A model generated the notes under the pieces. The model made no database searches. It was not told the origin of the DNA and saw only the letters and a list, made by a program, of their open reading frames with translations. This document shows, in pieces, positions 1 through 12,800 of a DNA stretch of 64,000 bases. The first letter of the stretch is position 1. The number at the start of each line of letters is the position of its first letter. Both the position numbers and the translations under genes were made by a program. Origin of the DNA: the human T2T-CHM13v2.0 reference genome, Homo sapiens; NCBI RefSeq assembly GCF_009914755.1, contig NC_060937.1; one strand, 5' to 3'.

Positions 1-1029
1 ACATTTTTTCTCTACATTTTCTCTCCACAAAAATTTCTTAATTGTCCCTTTTTAAATCTTCCTGAAAAACTATTACTATTTGCCAGAGGTAGCATTAAAC
101 AGAGATAGATCTTTTTATTGTATTTTATTTTTTAATAGGAACTGTTGGCAAATAAATGTATAGTACATATGAAAGACCATGTCCTTTTCTATGAAGAAAA
201 AGACAAATTTAATAGCACTGTGTGTGTCTTATCTCAATGTGCACCATTCTTCCCAGGTTAGAGAAGAATTTTCCTATAAAACCACATTATGTTTCCAGTT
301 ATTCCTAGACACACACAGGAACGGTAAAGTCATGGACACACAAGTCCTGATCTTACAAAGTGTATGTAATTATTGGCAATATATTGATGTCAAATAATAA
401 TGCACAAAACAAAAAATATGATAGAGCATTTACTATATTTCCTGTGAAGTATTCTAAGACTCTCTATGTGATCACTTCTTGGAGAATTTATTTTGTATAC
501 TAAGAACAGCAAAATCATCTCAATTTCTCTTCATGTAGGGGCAAAACAATTTGTTCCTGCTTTTATTTTTTTAAGTCAATTTTTTTCTGTCTATGTAGTC
601 AACATATATTGAAGATTATTCTTCAGGTAATTTGTATAATAAATATATGATTATATTTTATAAATGTGTATCATGATACATGTATCCACATTTACAAATA
701 TGCATCTATTCCTGTGTATAGCTTTAAATGGTTTTTGTTTCCTTCTCAATAAAGTTATTTCCCTTTCTTCTGAATCCTTTATTGGTCTATTGTCATTGGA
801 TTTTACACTTACAAAAATGCCTTCCTCCACCAACTTAAATTCCCCCTTCCAAGGATTACTTCGCTTTGGTTATTTCAGTAACACTGGAGAACATACTCTA
901 CAAAATGAATGGGAAAAAAGTGAGGTTGGAGTGGTACATAGGAGCCAGGACATAAAAACACACGAAAGACACATTTATGAGTTAATTTTTTCTAAGATAA
1001 ATTTTAAAAATCAATAATATTTTGGTGGT

Positions 1030-1690
<661 letters not shown>

Positions 1691-1692
1691 TT

Positions 1693-2171
1693 TATCTTAG
1701 TTTAGGTTGCCTCTAGAAACAGATGCTGAGGAAATTCAAGTAGCTAATTTGGAAGACGATTTTAGGAAATACTGATAGGTGAGGAGAAACTGAAATAGGG
1801 ATGAAATGCAGCAATGAAGGAGTTGTTATCTGAAAATTATTGCTTAAGTTACTATATCCAGTTTCCAGTAGAAAACTGGATCTTGATCCTGCTGGGAAAT
1901 TGTGGGGCTCTCCATGTGTAAAACAGGCACACCATTGTTATCTCAACTGGGAGAAAAGGAAGCTAATATATTTAAAGATCACACAGCTATGTTATTTATA
2001 GAAGAAGACTTCTCCTTGGGTATGTTAATTCCTTCACTTCTGGCTTGCATGAAGGTGGCAAAGTGGGTTCCAGACACTGAAGTCCTGTGCTGGCAGCTGG
2101 ATTTGGAGCCAATGTGCACAGAAGAGGAAAAGGAAAAAGAGATGTGTGGGGAAACAACAGCATCTGCCAAA
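1693..2171 (-). mobile_element. LTR33-like ERVL solo LTR
   Basis: Co-linear with recalled antisense LTR33: TCTTAG.TT.GGTT..C...AGAA.CAGA..CTGAG ... GATCCTGCTGGG ... TGCTGGCAG.TGGA ... ACAGCATCTGC. Confidence 0.75.
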
Positions 2172-3986
2172 GAATGGATTGAAGAAGAAAAAAGTAGTAA
2201 GTTGAAATTCAGGGGAATGGATTTTTCTCCAGAAACAAATATAAAAGAAAACTTCAACAAAGGTGGAACTATAGCATTGAATCCTTAGGACTCAGGAGGG
2301 TTGGGAGGGAAGGATATGAACTAAAGGTAATCCTAAGTTTGTTACTTATGACTTAGCATGAAAACTTTCAGATTAATAATGCAGGTGAGGTTCATATAGT
2401 ATATAGTTTTAAAAATTTTGTCTTGTCGATTGTGGTTTGTTGATTTATTATCAGCTGGTGTCCTAATCATTACTATAGGTCATCAAATTTCAGTTCGCCT
2501 CACTTTTAGACACATAACAGAAATGTGGTTTTTACACTTTAAATTTATGTGGCTTGCTGTGGCCAATTAAATATGATAACGTAAAGTGATACACATGGAA
2601 CCATTTAATTACCTAGACATCTGCTCTAACAAACCCTAGCAATGAAGATTTCAAATTTTTTGTCTTGGTGGAAAACATACATCTGAATTTCATTCCGCCT
2701 TTCTACCCCATGAGTAATTGTTAACTATAGACCTTCTCCTTGAAATATGGCATGGAACAGGTTCATTCAGTGTATCCCCCATCAATGTCTCAGATTTTGA
2801 AGATTCTAAATATTGCCTCTCCCTTGCTCTTCCTTTATTCTTTTTTCCATTTCTACTTTATCTATACTTTTCTAATGCTTTTGCTTTAGTAAATTTTTTT
2901 CTGGTCATTTTAGTGTAGATTTTGGTGTATGGTGAATCACTATTTTTTTCAATTCCTTTAATCTACTGTTTATTACTTTTATTTCACTAAAACAGACTTT
3001 TTAAAAGAATAGCTAATAATCTCATATGTCCAAATGTAATGGTCTTTCAGAAGTCGTTTAAAAAACCCTTTTTTTCTATTTGACATGTTAAAAAAATTAA
3101 ACTATGATTTCTTCCAGTATTTTCCTCTTTTTGCTTATGTAATGATATAGCCTCTCTTTTCTTGAACATTCTCTGTACTTCAATTTCTTCCTTGTTTGTA
3201 CTGATTTACCTCTTGTACATGAATAATCATTAAATTTATTTTTTCCTCAAATTTACTATTGTCTTATTCAATATCCAGCCCCCGAGAGATCCAATTAATA
3301 CTCATTAACTTGGACATTGACCCTTCTTCAGTGCCATATTTTTATTTTACTGGTTTACAAACAGATTATTTCTAGTTTCCGCTGCAAATGACCCTAATTC
3401 AGCAAGTGAAAGGCATATTTTTTAAGAGCCTTTTTCTTATCTCTTCACGGTTGCCAATGTCATTATACTACACTCACTCTGCCATTCAGTGAAATAATAT
3501 ATTTAGTTCGGGGATCTAAATCAGTGTAAATATTATCATGATATGACAGAATGTAACAGCATACTAAAGAGAATCTATATATAACGCAACAAGAATACGG
3601 ATCTCTAGAGAGTTGAGCTGGTGCCTTTTAGGCTTTCTAACAAGTAATTTACTAAATACGACTGGTTCTTCTTTTGAGAATTCCCTCCAAATATTATTTT
3701 CTTTTCATTCTTACTACTACCTGTCTACCCTAGGACATTTAGATTGTCCCACAAAATCAGGTTATTTTCTTCATTGAAAACATAATAACATAATTGGTTT
3801 TATAATCTGATTTTAAAATTTTATATTGACCCTTTTCTCCCCTGTTAACATATTTGAAAGAAGCCATTATATAATTCAGGATCTTCAGTTGAATGTACCA
3901 CTTCTCTCATCTCCTTGTTTACTTGGATAAAACATCTGCTTCAACAGGCAAGTTAATTTTACCTCTGCCACTTTTCCTTTTTTTTT

Positions 3987-4086
3987 TTTTTTTAGTTCTC
4001 TATGTACTTGATATTCCAATTAAAAAAGAAAAGTCATTTTTTTAGTTCTCTATGTACTTGATATTCCAATTAAAAAATAAAAGTCA
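3987..4086. repeat. 50-bp tandem duplication
   Basis: Copies at 3987-4036 and 4037-4086 with one mismatch (4028 G vs 4078 T). Confidence 0.97.
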
Positions 4087-5194
4087 TAATTGACATTGCC
4101 TATGAGTTGTGCCCCCCCACCACAAAGTATCCTAACACTTAGCTCATGTTATAACTATCTCTACTACAAGGATTTAGAATTCTCTAGTAGTTTCATGATC
4201 CTGTAAATTTTTGACTTACACAACTGTGTTCTGAACTCCAAACCAGTTGCTGTATCTTCTAAAGATTTTGTATACTTTCAAGAATTTTAAAAGCAATTGG
4301 ACTTTCAAAAAGTATTTAATCAATGTTTTTTATGTAATTGAATAAATGAAGAGTTATCACATTAAGACAATCATTCACAATTAACATATTTTCCTTTATA
4401 TTTTATTTGCAGTGAGAATGCAAAGATGCAAAATGTAACACATTGTTGTCCTTTAAAATATACAGGGAACTAATGAAAAGGAAACTTTTGGCTTAATGTT
4501 TCCAGATAATTGCACCTGTTCTCTATTTATCTTTAAATAGGTGCATAATTTATATTCAATCGAATTTTCCTAATATCTAAAAAAGTAGACAAAATTGGAA
4601 GATGAAAGCTCTCTTTTCGTAGTATTTAAGAAACAAATCACAATACAAGAACATCATTTCTCATCTATAGTTTTACATTCATGGTAATTGTATGTGAGGA
4701 AATTAATATAAAGAATATAGGCAGTAACCAATTCAATTTTGATTTTGCAGGTGTAAGATACAAATATTTTTTAAAGGTTTACTTAATAAGTAAGTTTTAT
4801 GTTATTTCTTTTGTGAATTGTAGTGTCTTTAATACATCATTCATTCATTTTTTATATTAAAATATAAAGAAATGAGGGCAAATAAGGAACAAATAAGGGA
4901 TGCTATGAATTTCAGGGTGCAACAATTATCCCATAGAAAATTTCTTTTCTGAAGTTAAGTCAATTGTTAATGTAATCATTGGAAATAGTTTTGAGCAAGT
5001 ATTTGCTCAATGCTTACAATGTGCAAGGCACCATGCTTTTAATTCCTATAATACAGCATTTCACATAGGCGGTGCTAAATAAGTATTAGTAGAACACATG
5101 GAAATGAATGTGCTAAAATTGGTGAGACAGAGATAATACTTAAATGAAATAATCAAGGAAACTACCTCTGCAGCAATCTATTTATTGCTAAAAG

Positions 5195-5450
5195 TCATTC
5201 AACAAGTATGTATTTAGTGCCTACCATTTGATTTGTAAGACCAGGAACATGATGGACAAGATGAATCATGAAGTTTATACATTAGTAGGGGAAATAGATA
5301 AAGAATTAATGTGATTTTTAGATATGACACCTGTAATCATTATAAATAAAATTAATTAAATATTAGAAGAGTGGGTTAGAGGATGAGTGGGTAGGGAAAT
5401 TAAATAGGCATTTTCAGGGAAGGCCTAACCAAGGAAACAATAAATGATTG
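5195..5450 (-). mobile_element. L2 3' end
   Basis: CATTCAACAAGTATGTATTTAGTGCCTAC matches the antisense L2 terminus motif. Confidence 0.6.
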
Positions 5451-5946
5451 ATAGAAAAATCAAGACAACAATTAAGAAGAAACTAAAATGATAGTTACCT
5501 TTTGGTAGCTCATAGGATAGTTTTTGGTTAAAGTATCTCGAACACTCTTAGATATTTCAATAAATAATAAACTGATGTGGGGACATTGAAGGGAAAGGTT
5601 TGAGGGTGAGAATAAAAGTATGTTAAGAACAAATCGGAGAAATAATTTTATTGAAGCCCAGCTTTTATGCATGCTCTAGAGAAACACAAGTTAAGTGTGC
5701 ACATTCATATTTTACAGATAAATTAATATTATATTAAACAATATAGTCATTGTTAAGTCAGGACTAAATATTGTCCATTCCTACAATCTATAACAATGAC
5801 CACTTCTTGCTAAATTAAAAGGTAAGATTAGGTTATTATATTTCATAAATATCTCTTATTCTTACTGTTATTTCTCAAGAGATTCTTTGAAACAGAAAGA
5901 GATAATAAAGGGAACAAAAGGAAAAATGCAAAGCCAAGAGTTAAGA

Positions 5947-6465
5947 TGGAAAAAGATTCTTTGCTTGGCCAAATTTAGCCAGACTTCTGAATCTTCTTCT
6001 ATGTCCACCTGTGCACTTACCTGTAAAATCCAGTTGTAGCAAAGAACCCTGCTAAGTCAGTCTAGCCAGAACCCCTCATTCATCATATCTGATCATCACT
6101 GACATCTTATCAGGTTCCTCATCCTTCATCATCCCTTAGGTAATGTCTGATCACCCTGGTCTGTCTTCAGCAAGAATCTTGTTAGGTCAGTTTAGCCAGA
6201 ATACTCCTTACACTTGATGTTTCTTGTTTGTAATTTCCTTCCACTGACCCCCACACTGCTCCTTGGCTATAAATTCCCACTTGCCCATGCTGTATTTGGA
6301 GTTGAGCCAAAATTCCCACATTGCAAAACCCCATTGCAGTGGTTCCTGCACTTATCATGATGGTCCTGAATAAAGTCTTTTTTTTTTTAAACCATGCTTT
6401 AAAGCAATTCAGAAATAAAAGTTGGAAAAGAAAATAGTATCAATGAATAACATTTTTCTTTACCA
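5947..6465 (+). mobile_element. MER31 (A/B) LTR, ERV1 class
   Basis: TG...CA ends; AAGAACCCTGCTAAGTCAG and CTGATCACCCTGG blocks; TATA box GGCTATAAA and polyA signal CTGAATAAAGTC as in recalled MER31. Confidence 0.85.
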
Positions 6466-7467
6466 GTTAGGGTGTGCAGACTTGGATTGAATCAGATTCA
6501 TCATGGATCTCCAGGACTCTTACCTAGATCCTAAGTGCATGCTTTGAAGACTTTGTCTTCACTCCTGACTGAATGATAGGGAATCCATTGGCAAGTCAGA
6601 TTCCTGAACTATTGCTCCACTCCAAACAATTGTCATTGAAACTGGTAAGGACATATTTTGATTCTTAAGCCATAAGTGAATTGTTTGAAGCTGGGTTAGA
6701 GTCCCGGGCTTTTTTATAAAGGCACCTCCTGTGCTGGAAGTTCTTCTACCTGGTTCCTGATCTAAGTAGGGATTATTCCCTGACTCCCTGGGCTGGAAAT
6801 CTCTGCTTCTTGAACCTCTGTGAGACAACTCTATTCTTTTTATTGGATTCTGCTTCTCCTATGGGAATTTGTCTGTCACAGTCTTCCTGAATCTCTGCTG
6901 ACTATATGTTCTTTCAACTCTGTTCACCCCTGCGAGACGCTTTTCCTTCCCATTTCAAGCTGAACTTTTCAGTCACTTGAACTTTATTATCCCTAACCTA
7001 TATTGGGGGCTCTGGAGGGACATAGTGGCCCCTCAAAAGCAATCACCCAAGGCTAAAAAGAGAGAAAAATAGGAACAGTTTGGAAACTGAGCAAATGAAA
7101 AATCCTAAAGGTCTCCTCCACAAATATTGACAAAGAGCTTTTAGCCCTTATTGAGTAGATGACCTTATCTTGTCCCATTTTCGTCAGCAATATAATTTGA
7201 ATTTAAAAATATAAAGTATAGATAAACCAATGAATTTGTATTACTCTTATTACTCTCTTCTACAGCCTCACAACACAAATTTTAAAATAAATAGCCATAA
7301 TATTTAGTTGCATCTGTCTGCATGTTTATGTATGTATAATGTATATATGTATATATGTGTGGTTTTATCTTATGTATATGTGATAATTTCTTTTGGTAGT
7401 AATAACAAACAAATTTATAAAACCCCTTAAAGGAGTGCCATTCAAATGGCCTGAAGATAAATGAGCA

Positions 7468-7600
7468 TGCTGGGTTTGGTGACTCATGCCTGTAATCTGG
7501 ACACTCTGAGAGGCTGAGGCGAAAGGATCGTTTGAGCCCAGTAGTTCGAGACCAGCTTGGCACCATAGTGAGACCCCATCTCTATTTAAAAAAATAATAA
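7468..7600 (+). mobile_element. Free left Alu monomer (FLAM_C)
   Basis: Single monomer ending GAGACCCCATCTCT plus A tail; TSD AGATAAATGA(G/A)CA at 7455-7467 and 7621-7633. Confidence 0.88.
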
Positions 7601-8309
7601 TTCCTGTTTCTTAAAAAAATAGATAAATGAACACTTACATAATTTAAGTACTCTTAAAATTCATGGAAAACAAAACTGCCTCAAAAGATGTTTTTAAGTT
7701 TCTGTGAACCTGAATAATCTATGGTAAATAAATTATAGTTTTGAACTTGTTGGTAAAATAAAAATATGACCATTGCCTGAATTGGCAGCATTAAATATAA
7801 TACATACATACATTCTTGCCTGGATTTTCTGGCCAGAAAATTTTGTGTTGTCTCTGCTTGATGTTTATGACCATAAAACTATGAATTCCACCTATGAACA
7901 AAAGGCACAGTAAAAATAATTGCTCAATTGCTCAATGTGTGTCAGTCATGGAAGTAAGAGAGAGAGAGAGAGAGTAAAAGACCATGTTTAACTTTTTAGT
8001 TTCTTTGCTTTTTAGATTTTTTTTTTATAATTACCTGATTTGTTAATGGGGAAAATGCTTTAAAACAGTGGCTAGATTTGTTTAATTTCTCATGGAATTT
8101 TTCACAAACAATTCAAACACAATTGTTGAAAATAAATTAGATGAATGCAAAAGGAATAAACTTTATAAGTAAACATTTCAGAAAAAATTCAACTTTAAAA
8201 GTTCTACTTAAAAATAATTTCAAAAACCTTTTATTTTTTAGATAGCTTGCAACCTTAAAGTTGTGTTAAGTTAAACTGAATAATAGGTATTCATTACAAA
8301 TATAGACCC

Positions 8310-8600
8310 AGCTGGGTGCGGTGGCTCACACCTGGAATCCCAGCACTTGGCAATACTGAGGTGGGTGGATTTCTTGAGCTCAGCAGTTTGCGACCAGCCT
8401 GAGCAACACGGTGAAATCCTGTCTCTACAAAAAATACAAAAAATTAGCCAGGCATGGTGACACATACCTGTAGTTCCACATTCTTGGAAGGCTGAAGTGG
8501 GAGGATCACCCAAGCCCAGGAGGTCAAGACTGCGGTGAGCTGTGACCACACCACTGCACTCCAGCCTGGGCAATGGAGTGAGACCCTGTCTCAAAAAAAA
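8310..8600 (+). mobile_element. AluJ (Jb-like)
   Basis: Diverged dimer with J-type GGAGGATCAC...GCCCAGGAGGTCAAG and GAGACCCTGTCTC. Confidence 0.93.
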
Positions 8601-8686
8601 CTATATATCTATCATCTATATACATATATATAGATGATAGATATAGATATAGATACAGATAAAGATATAGATATGGATATAGATGG
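8601..8686. repeat. (TA)n/(GATATA)n low-complexity Alu tail with a perfect hairpin
   Basis: GATATA units; 19-bp inverted arms at 8604-8622 and 8627-8645. Confidence 0.9.
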
Positions 8687-8785
8687 ACCCAACCATGGAA
8701 AAGTAATCTTGCCTAGTATGGTCAAAGCTGGCTATAAATGGATGGATTTATTTATATGATTTTATTTAAATTAATTTTAATAGTA

Positions 8786-9844
8786 TAGTTGACCCTTTAA
8801 TAACATAGTTTTAAACTGTATGAGTCCATATATATGAAGAACTTTTCCCAGTAAATATACTGGAAAATTTTTTTTGAGATTTGCCACAATCTGAAAAAAC
8901 TCACAGATGAACCATGTAGCCTAAAACCATTGAAAATGTTAAGAAATTGATGTGTCATGAAGGCATAAATTATATGTATATTGTAGTCTATTTTTTATTT
9001 GCTACCATAAAATATATGCATCTATTATTAAAAGTTGAAATTAATCAAAATTTATTAACACAAACACAGACTGTACATGGTGCCATTTGCATTTGAGAAA
9101 AGAGTAAACAAATGTAATGATGCATTAAATTATGACTGCATACAATTAACTGTAGTACATACTGTACTGGTGTCATAATTTTATAGCCACCTCCTGTAGC
9201 TAGTGCCATGAGCTCAAGTGTTGTATCCACTTAAAAAGACATGTGACATTAATTATCTCTGCACGAGCTGTTCAACTCTCCAGTATATTGAATATCACAG
9301 TATAAGTAATCTCTTCTAGTTCTTGTGTATTTTTCATGATGCTAAGTGCAATACTGAAAACCCTGAATAACACTATAGGACCTATATTATTTCTCAAGAG
9401 ATTCTTGAAGTGCCATTAGTGATGCTGAAAGTGCCCCCAGGAAGCAGAGAAAAGTCATGACATTTCAAGAAAAAGTTGAATTACTTGATATGTACCATAG
9501 ACTGAGGTCTGCAGTTGTGGTTGCCCACCATTTTAGATAAACAATTTATCCTACAAACTGATGACATACACATATGTTATTAATAAATACAGTATAGTAG
9601 TGTGCATGTATTCTCTTTTTATTAAGATTTCCTTAGTAACATTTTGTTTTCTCTAGCTTCCCTTATTGTAATAATAAAGTATGTCATATCTATAACATAC
9701 AAACTAAGTATTAATTGACAGATTAGACTATCAGTGAGGCTTTTGTTCAACAGTAGGCTACTAATTGTTAAAGTTATCCACAGATTTTCAACTGTGCTTT
9801 GGCTCACTGCCTCTAAAATCCACATTTTGTTCAAGGGTCAACTG
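8786..9844 (+). mobile_element. Tigger2 non-autonomous derivative (Tigger2b_Pri-like), TcMar DNA transposon
   Basis: TIRs (T)AGTTGACCCTT ... AAGGGTCAACTG, TA target duplication at 8784-8785 and 9845-9846, about 1.06 kb. Confidence 0.9.
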
Positions 9845-12800
9845 TATATTAATGCAAAAGTAAAATTCGGTCTTTGTTAAAATTACAAAGTTTTCATGGA
9901 GTATTGATCTGAGAATGTGAAGGGTTTTTTTTTTTTTCCTTTTAAGTAATTGGCCTAGAAAATAGAGCTTTTGTGTTTTATCAGGATAATTTCTGTGTTT
10001 GTTGTTGTCTTTCATTAGGTTTTAGATTACTTAGGAAAATTGAGTCATAACTGTGTAATCTTCTGTATTTACCTTTAAGATATTTTATTGCCATTTTAAA
10101 ATATTTTATTAAAAATATTTATTTTCATTTAGTAATTTTAATTAAATAGATAACCAAGATAATATTTAAGCAAATGTTTTAAACTTTTTCACATTTTGAC
10201 AAACTTCTCAAAGTCAAATTTGAAATTAGTTCTTTTTGACCTCAGACTAACTTTGGGACAGTCCAGAGGGCTCCTGTAAGGTCTGAAAGGACCTATAAGA
10301 GAAAGATATTAAACTAATTAGGCTTATTTGATTTGTTAAATTCCATGGGAAGCATTGTCAAATAAGAAAATATGTTTAACCTTCCTTGGGTTAAATTTGT
10401 ATATGTGCTTTATTATTGTATATGCTATGTGTTTCACATAACTATTCTTATTGTGTAGAATTCTTAGAAATATGATATGCTTTCAGTCATAATTTGATTA
10501 TTGTGATAAAATGTTGTATATCACAAAAATAACTAAATTTCCTTGTCAGTTGTTTTATTATACTAAATTCTCATCAGATTTGTAACCATGCCATTCAAGG
10601 CTTTGTCATCCATAGACAATTATTCTGTTACTTTAATTCTTCTCTAAAAGTGTTGCTATCAGATAAATTTCAAGACGGCTTCTTCAAATAGATTCATGAA
10701 AGCACTCTGATAAGTACAAGTTTCTGACAACTTTAAGATCATGCCATTGATAAGGCATAAGTAAGAATTTTCAGAATTCTAATGTAACTGATGGGTTCCC
10801 AAAACTGCTACCCCAAGATCAAGCAAAACAAAAATAGATTAAATGTGGCTGAATGAACAAGTATGCATAATTTTTAATGGATTTTTGTTTGAAACATAGA
10901 TGGTTCTTTAAGTGTTTTGTTTTCCTAATTAAAGGAAACCTTTTTTTTTTTTCTTTTAAGCTATTTATAACTTATAGCAATTTGGTAAAGTATAGTTTGT
11001 GAGCAAACATTGAAACATTTGCTTTTGCTCTTTACCTGATATTTTCATAATTCAAAAGCCTTTGTAAGTATTCTTATTTTTATGTCAATGTAGTTATTTG
11101 CACAAGTTTAATAAGAAGCCGTTCTCCTTGTAACAAGACAGAATTGGAAACACTGGTTATATTACCAAGGTTTTGACTGGAATGAAGTATTTTCAGGTAT
11201 GACTAAACAGCTTTAAAAAACTAAGGTTGACTTTATGGGTGCAATTATGTCCCCCATGGAAAAACTTGCCTGAGGTTTCCCAGCTTCAGAGGTGAGTAAA
11301 GAATGTCACTTCCTCACAAGCCCGAGAAGCATAGGATATTTGGAGAACCTTGACAAGAAACAAATTCACCCAATTCTATAGGTGTTACAAATATAGACCA
11401 ATGACAAGTCTTTGGTTTGACTTCCTGGCCTCAAGAGGTTTTATACAAGTCCAATCTGAGATTGCTTGTCAAAAGTTCCTGCAAAGCAAACTTAAAAGAG
11501 CCTATATAAACAGTCACTAGTCTTGCTGCACTTACATAAATAGTAGTTCAAGTTCATTGAGACTAAACTTATTTTACAAACAAATTAGTCTTAATTTGAT
11601 TCTCTTTGGTAGAAATGGCAGTAACTGCAGACAGAAATATTATGTTTCAGAAGAGAATTAGAGTGCACCAAATATTAGATTCTAGCCCTGTTCACTTTTG
11701 TTTTGGGGGTTTTATAATCTACCTGCAATCTGGATTCTGAATTCTTCTAGTTTTTCTCCAATATCCGGCTATGACTCTCCAAACCAATATTTCCAGTTTT
11801 TCTATTGCCCTTCTGGATTGGAATTACTGAAATTAAAATGCCTCTTTTCTGAAGTATGGCAAGCTGAAGCTGGATGATTTGATATAAACTTCAGATACAT
11901 CACAGCAGCTTATGTATGGAAAATCTTTATGACATTTAAACGGCAAACCAGGAAAATCTGGGTGATCGCCACTGCCTTTCATCACTCCAACTGAAGATAC
12001 TTAAAGCCCAGATCCTAGAAATCTTGATGGGCTGCTCTCTGGACCCACAAACTGAGTTTATACTTTGCTCCAATTATTATTTTTTCGTTCTTCTTTTATT
12101 TTCATAGAAACCAAACTCCCCTCATTAAAGGCCTGATGGTTCACACCATCCCAGTGATATCTGTTACTACAAAGTTCCAACAGAAAATTCAACGGGTCCT
12201 TAATGAACAAAAAGTGACTGAACAAAAAAAAATGGACTTATATTGTTCAAAGAAAAGAATAATGCAAATAACAAAACAAATATTATAGGGGAAATGTGTA
12301 TATTAACAAGGAGCTAAAGTGAAATAGGGAGCGTAGAAATGAGGCTGTTGAGGGGCTATAGATTAGAATTTAAGGGGAGACAATGTACTTAGAACACTAA
12401 AATCAGGCAAGCAGCACAATGAGTCAATGGAGCCAGAGGCCACCAATATGTCTACAGGTGAGAGCACCAATGATCATTTCACTGATTTGAGAGGCAAATT
12501 GATGCAAGCAAATTTGCATGCTTTTTTTGAAACATAAGCATCCAGTCTCTTTAGTGGGACCTCTGAAATTATTTTTGTATGACAATTCTGAGGGCAGCAT
12601 CTGATACTAATTACTGCAACACGTATCAGATAAATGATGATAATTATATAGAATATTAAACATATAACCATTTCTTCAGTGAAACATGGTGGAAAGTTTT
12701 TGCCCAAGGGAAATCAGACTTTTCACTGCCAAGGCAGAGCTGTTTGCCAAGCTATTTGGAGAGAGCTTGTACAACAAAACATCTATCTGCCCTTTGACTG

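Larger units (their letters stand above)
6466..12260 (+). mobile_element. MER31-int/MER4-group internal sequence, 3'-truncated, interrupted by FLAM, AluJ and Tigger2
   Basis: Directly follows the LTR; MER4-group-like motifs (TTATATTACCAAGG.TTTGACTGGAATG, GTCCAATCTGAGATT, GGACTTATATTGTTCAAAG); no ORF and no 3' LTR seen; right boundary approximate. Confidence 0.7.

Noticed and set aside
1902-2288. 128-aa Glu/Lys-rich ORF
   Set aside because: Spans LTR33-like and purine-rich L2-like repeat sequence; non-ATG start; no recognisable domain
4735-4760. TTTTGCAG|GTGTAAG as a plus-strand recursive splice site
   Set aside because: The donor directly after the AG (GTGTAA) is poor and nothing else supports it
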